A DNA stretch of 63,853 nt, filler included, from Choristocarpus tenellus KU-1152 (taxonomy: Eukaryota > Protista > Phaeophyceae): assembly GCA_964200185.2 (NCBI GenBank). It is 9 parts of 9 records of this genome, joined end to end, with 100 filler letters (N's around TTAATTAATTAA, not from the genome) between each part and the next. Parts side by side here need not be neighbours in the genome. Positions count along the whole stretch, not along the records: positions 61,165 to 63,853 come from CAXNAD020025632.1; 8 more parts are not named here. One strand, given 5' to 3'. The position numbers and the translations under genes are program-made. Shown here piece by piece: positions 61,466 to 63,853 of the stretch. Each line of letters opens with the position of its first letter. Positions within the stretch are counted from its first letter, which is position 1. The notes below the pieces were generated by a model. That model did no database searches. It had not been told where the DNA came from and saw nothing but the letters and a program-made list of their open reading frames with translations.

Positions 61466-63044
61466 TTTTTTTTTGTGAGATAATTTACGTACACACACCA
61501 TGAGAGGTAAGTCCCCACAAGATAGTTCGTATGGTAATGCTGGTCACTCCAGGCTGTCTTGTCAGTACCATCACCATCACACGCACAAAAATTCTGAACT
61601 ATTTATAGTGTGATCTTAGGGTTTGACAAATACTTAACTACACACAAACATAGGCAAGAAAGACTCTTGCTCGTACCTTCACCTTTCTAGGATTATCTTT
61701 GAAAATACGCTACAGATTCTGTGTCAACATCAGTGTCAACCTCTGCAATTAAACATTCCCTCCATTGATCAGATTGAACATTGTAAACAGTGCCTTGGTT
61801 ACAATATGTTTCAAACGTCTCACACACCAACGTTTGATTAACAACCCTAGATCCCACCACACTGTCAGTATACAAACATGAAGACACAAAATGCATACAC
61901 GATGATATTACCAACTACCGCCCTTACTGATTTATTTTGGGTCAGAGCATTGAGTGTATTACCGAAATTCAGCAGAAACTGCCTCAACACAAACAGCAAA
62001 TTCACAAGAAGACAAAAAGAACATGATCTTAATCATCATGACCTCTGTCATATTATGTGTACCTCCACAACACACAAGGTTGTCCTAGTGCATCAAAAGT
62101 CTTCCATAGTACATTATGTATTTTTTCCTTACTATATTCTTGACATGTTGGGTCAGCCCTGCTCGTCATATAATGACAATGATATGATGTCAATAAATCT
62201 TGTTGTGCCAATGTAAACAGAAATCGGTGTGATAGAGGACAAATGTGTGTATTTCCAGGTCTCACCCTACTCTATACTAACTAGGAGGGCAAACCAGTAC
62301 TACTACATACCAAGCAGCATATTCTTCAAGAGTGAGAATCCTTAACCCATCAACAACCAGTTGATACCACAGCCTTGAGCACGTTTCCTAAGGGCAGTTC
62401 ACACAATAGCCATCGGGTGGCATGATACAGAATAGTCGAGAGGCCAATTCAGGGACAACTTCCTCCACAAACATCTGGGTCCCCTCAATCAACCAACACA
62501 TCAAGAGACAACATCAACAAGAAACTGCATCTACATGCCCTCACTGGAGATACGCTGCAGATGCTGGAGCAATTCTCAACACGTTCTCCCACAAACACAC
62601 ATTATACGTACGGTCCATTTGAAGCTCACACAACTCCCCGGCACACAAGTGACACCAACCTCAAGGACCAACCAACAAGATAAGATACAAAATACAGGGT
62701 CTAGCACAAAAGAAGCAAACCTCTACTTCTAGAAGAGTCCCACGCCCCTGCCAATCACCTCAAAACTTTATCCTCGTCTGTCTTACTCTTGCCTTACAAA
62801 AACAAAAAAAAGCCAAACACAGAGAACGAACCAATGACGGCAGCAACTCCTGAAATCCACATCCAATCAACCACCTTCAAACAAACCAAAGGTTCACCCC
62901 TGTGTCTACTATCCCCTCCCCGCGCCAATACATCCAGAGTGAAAAGAAGTGCCTACTATCATTTAAAAACAAAAAAGGAGAGGTCACCACCGGAGAGCTC
63001 GGGAACACGCTCTCCTTCCTCATCTACAGCGGATGCCATCTTGT

Positions 63045-63732
<688 letters not shown>

Positions 63733-63853
63733 TCACTCAACAATAGAAGACAAAAGATTGTTTAATGCAAACACGCAAGCAAATGGGTCAATGTATCTGA
63801 GGGGGGGGGGGGGGCGGCGGCGGCAGCTATCCTTTTGAGGCCAATTTTTCATG

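Overview
Eukaryotic, intron-rich genomic DNA, most likely a brown alga or close stramenopile relative (inference from long GT-AG introns, short TTAGGG/CCCTAA patches and the transposon families seen). The window is nine contigs joined by artificial N44-TTAATTAATTAA-N44 linkers, so adjacency across linkers is unproven. Host genes reconstructed by manual splicing: arginyl-tRNA--protein transferase ATE1 (10 exons, minus), a divergent ARM-repeat gene, mitochondrial ribosomal protein bL25, a 3-ketoacyl-CoA synthase (FAE1/KCS), a P4-ATPase flippase, the 3' end of triosephosphate isomerase, and two unidentified multi-exon genes. The first 16 kb is mostly transposon-derived: an intron-containing hAT-like gene, a Tc1/mariner-like remnant, a Ty3/Gypsy element with a nested solo LTR and MITE, and a Ty1/Copia remnant bracketed by inverted repeats. 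A CRE-like non-LTR remnant and about 14 copies of a MITE family occur elsewhere. Most notable: (1) ATE1 carries an internal segment resembling the N-terminal tRNA-binding domain of arginyl-tRNA synthetase; (2) the Gypsy integrase ends in tandem chromo-like and Tudor-like domains; (3) the MITEs sit in a TG-RNY-CA context, yet their two flanks are not duplicated. All protein assignments come from motif recognition by eye; no searches were run.
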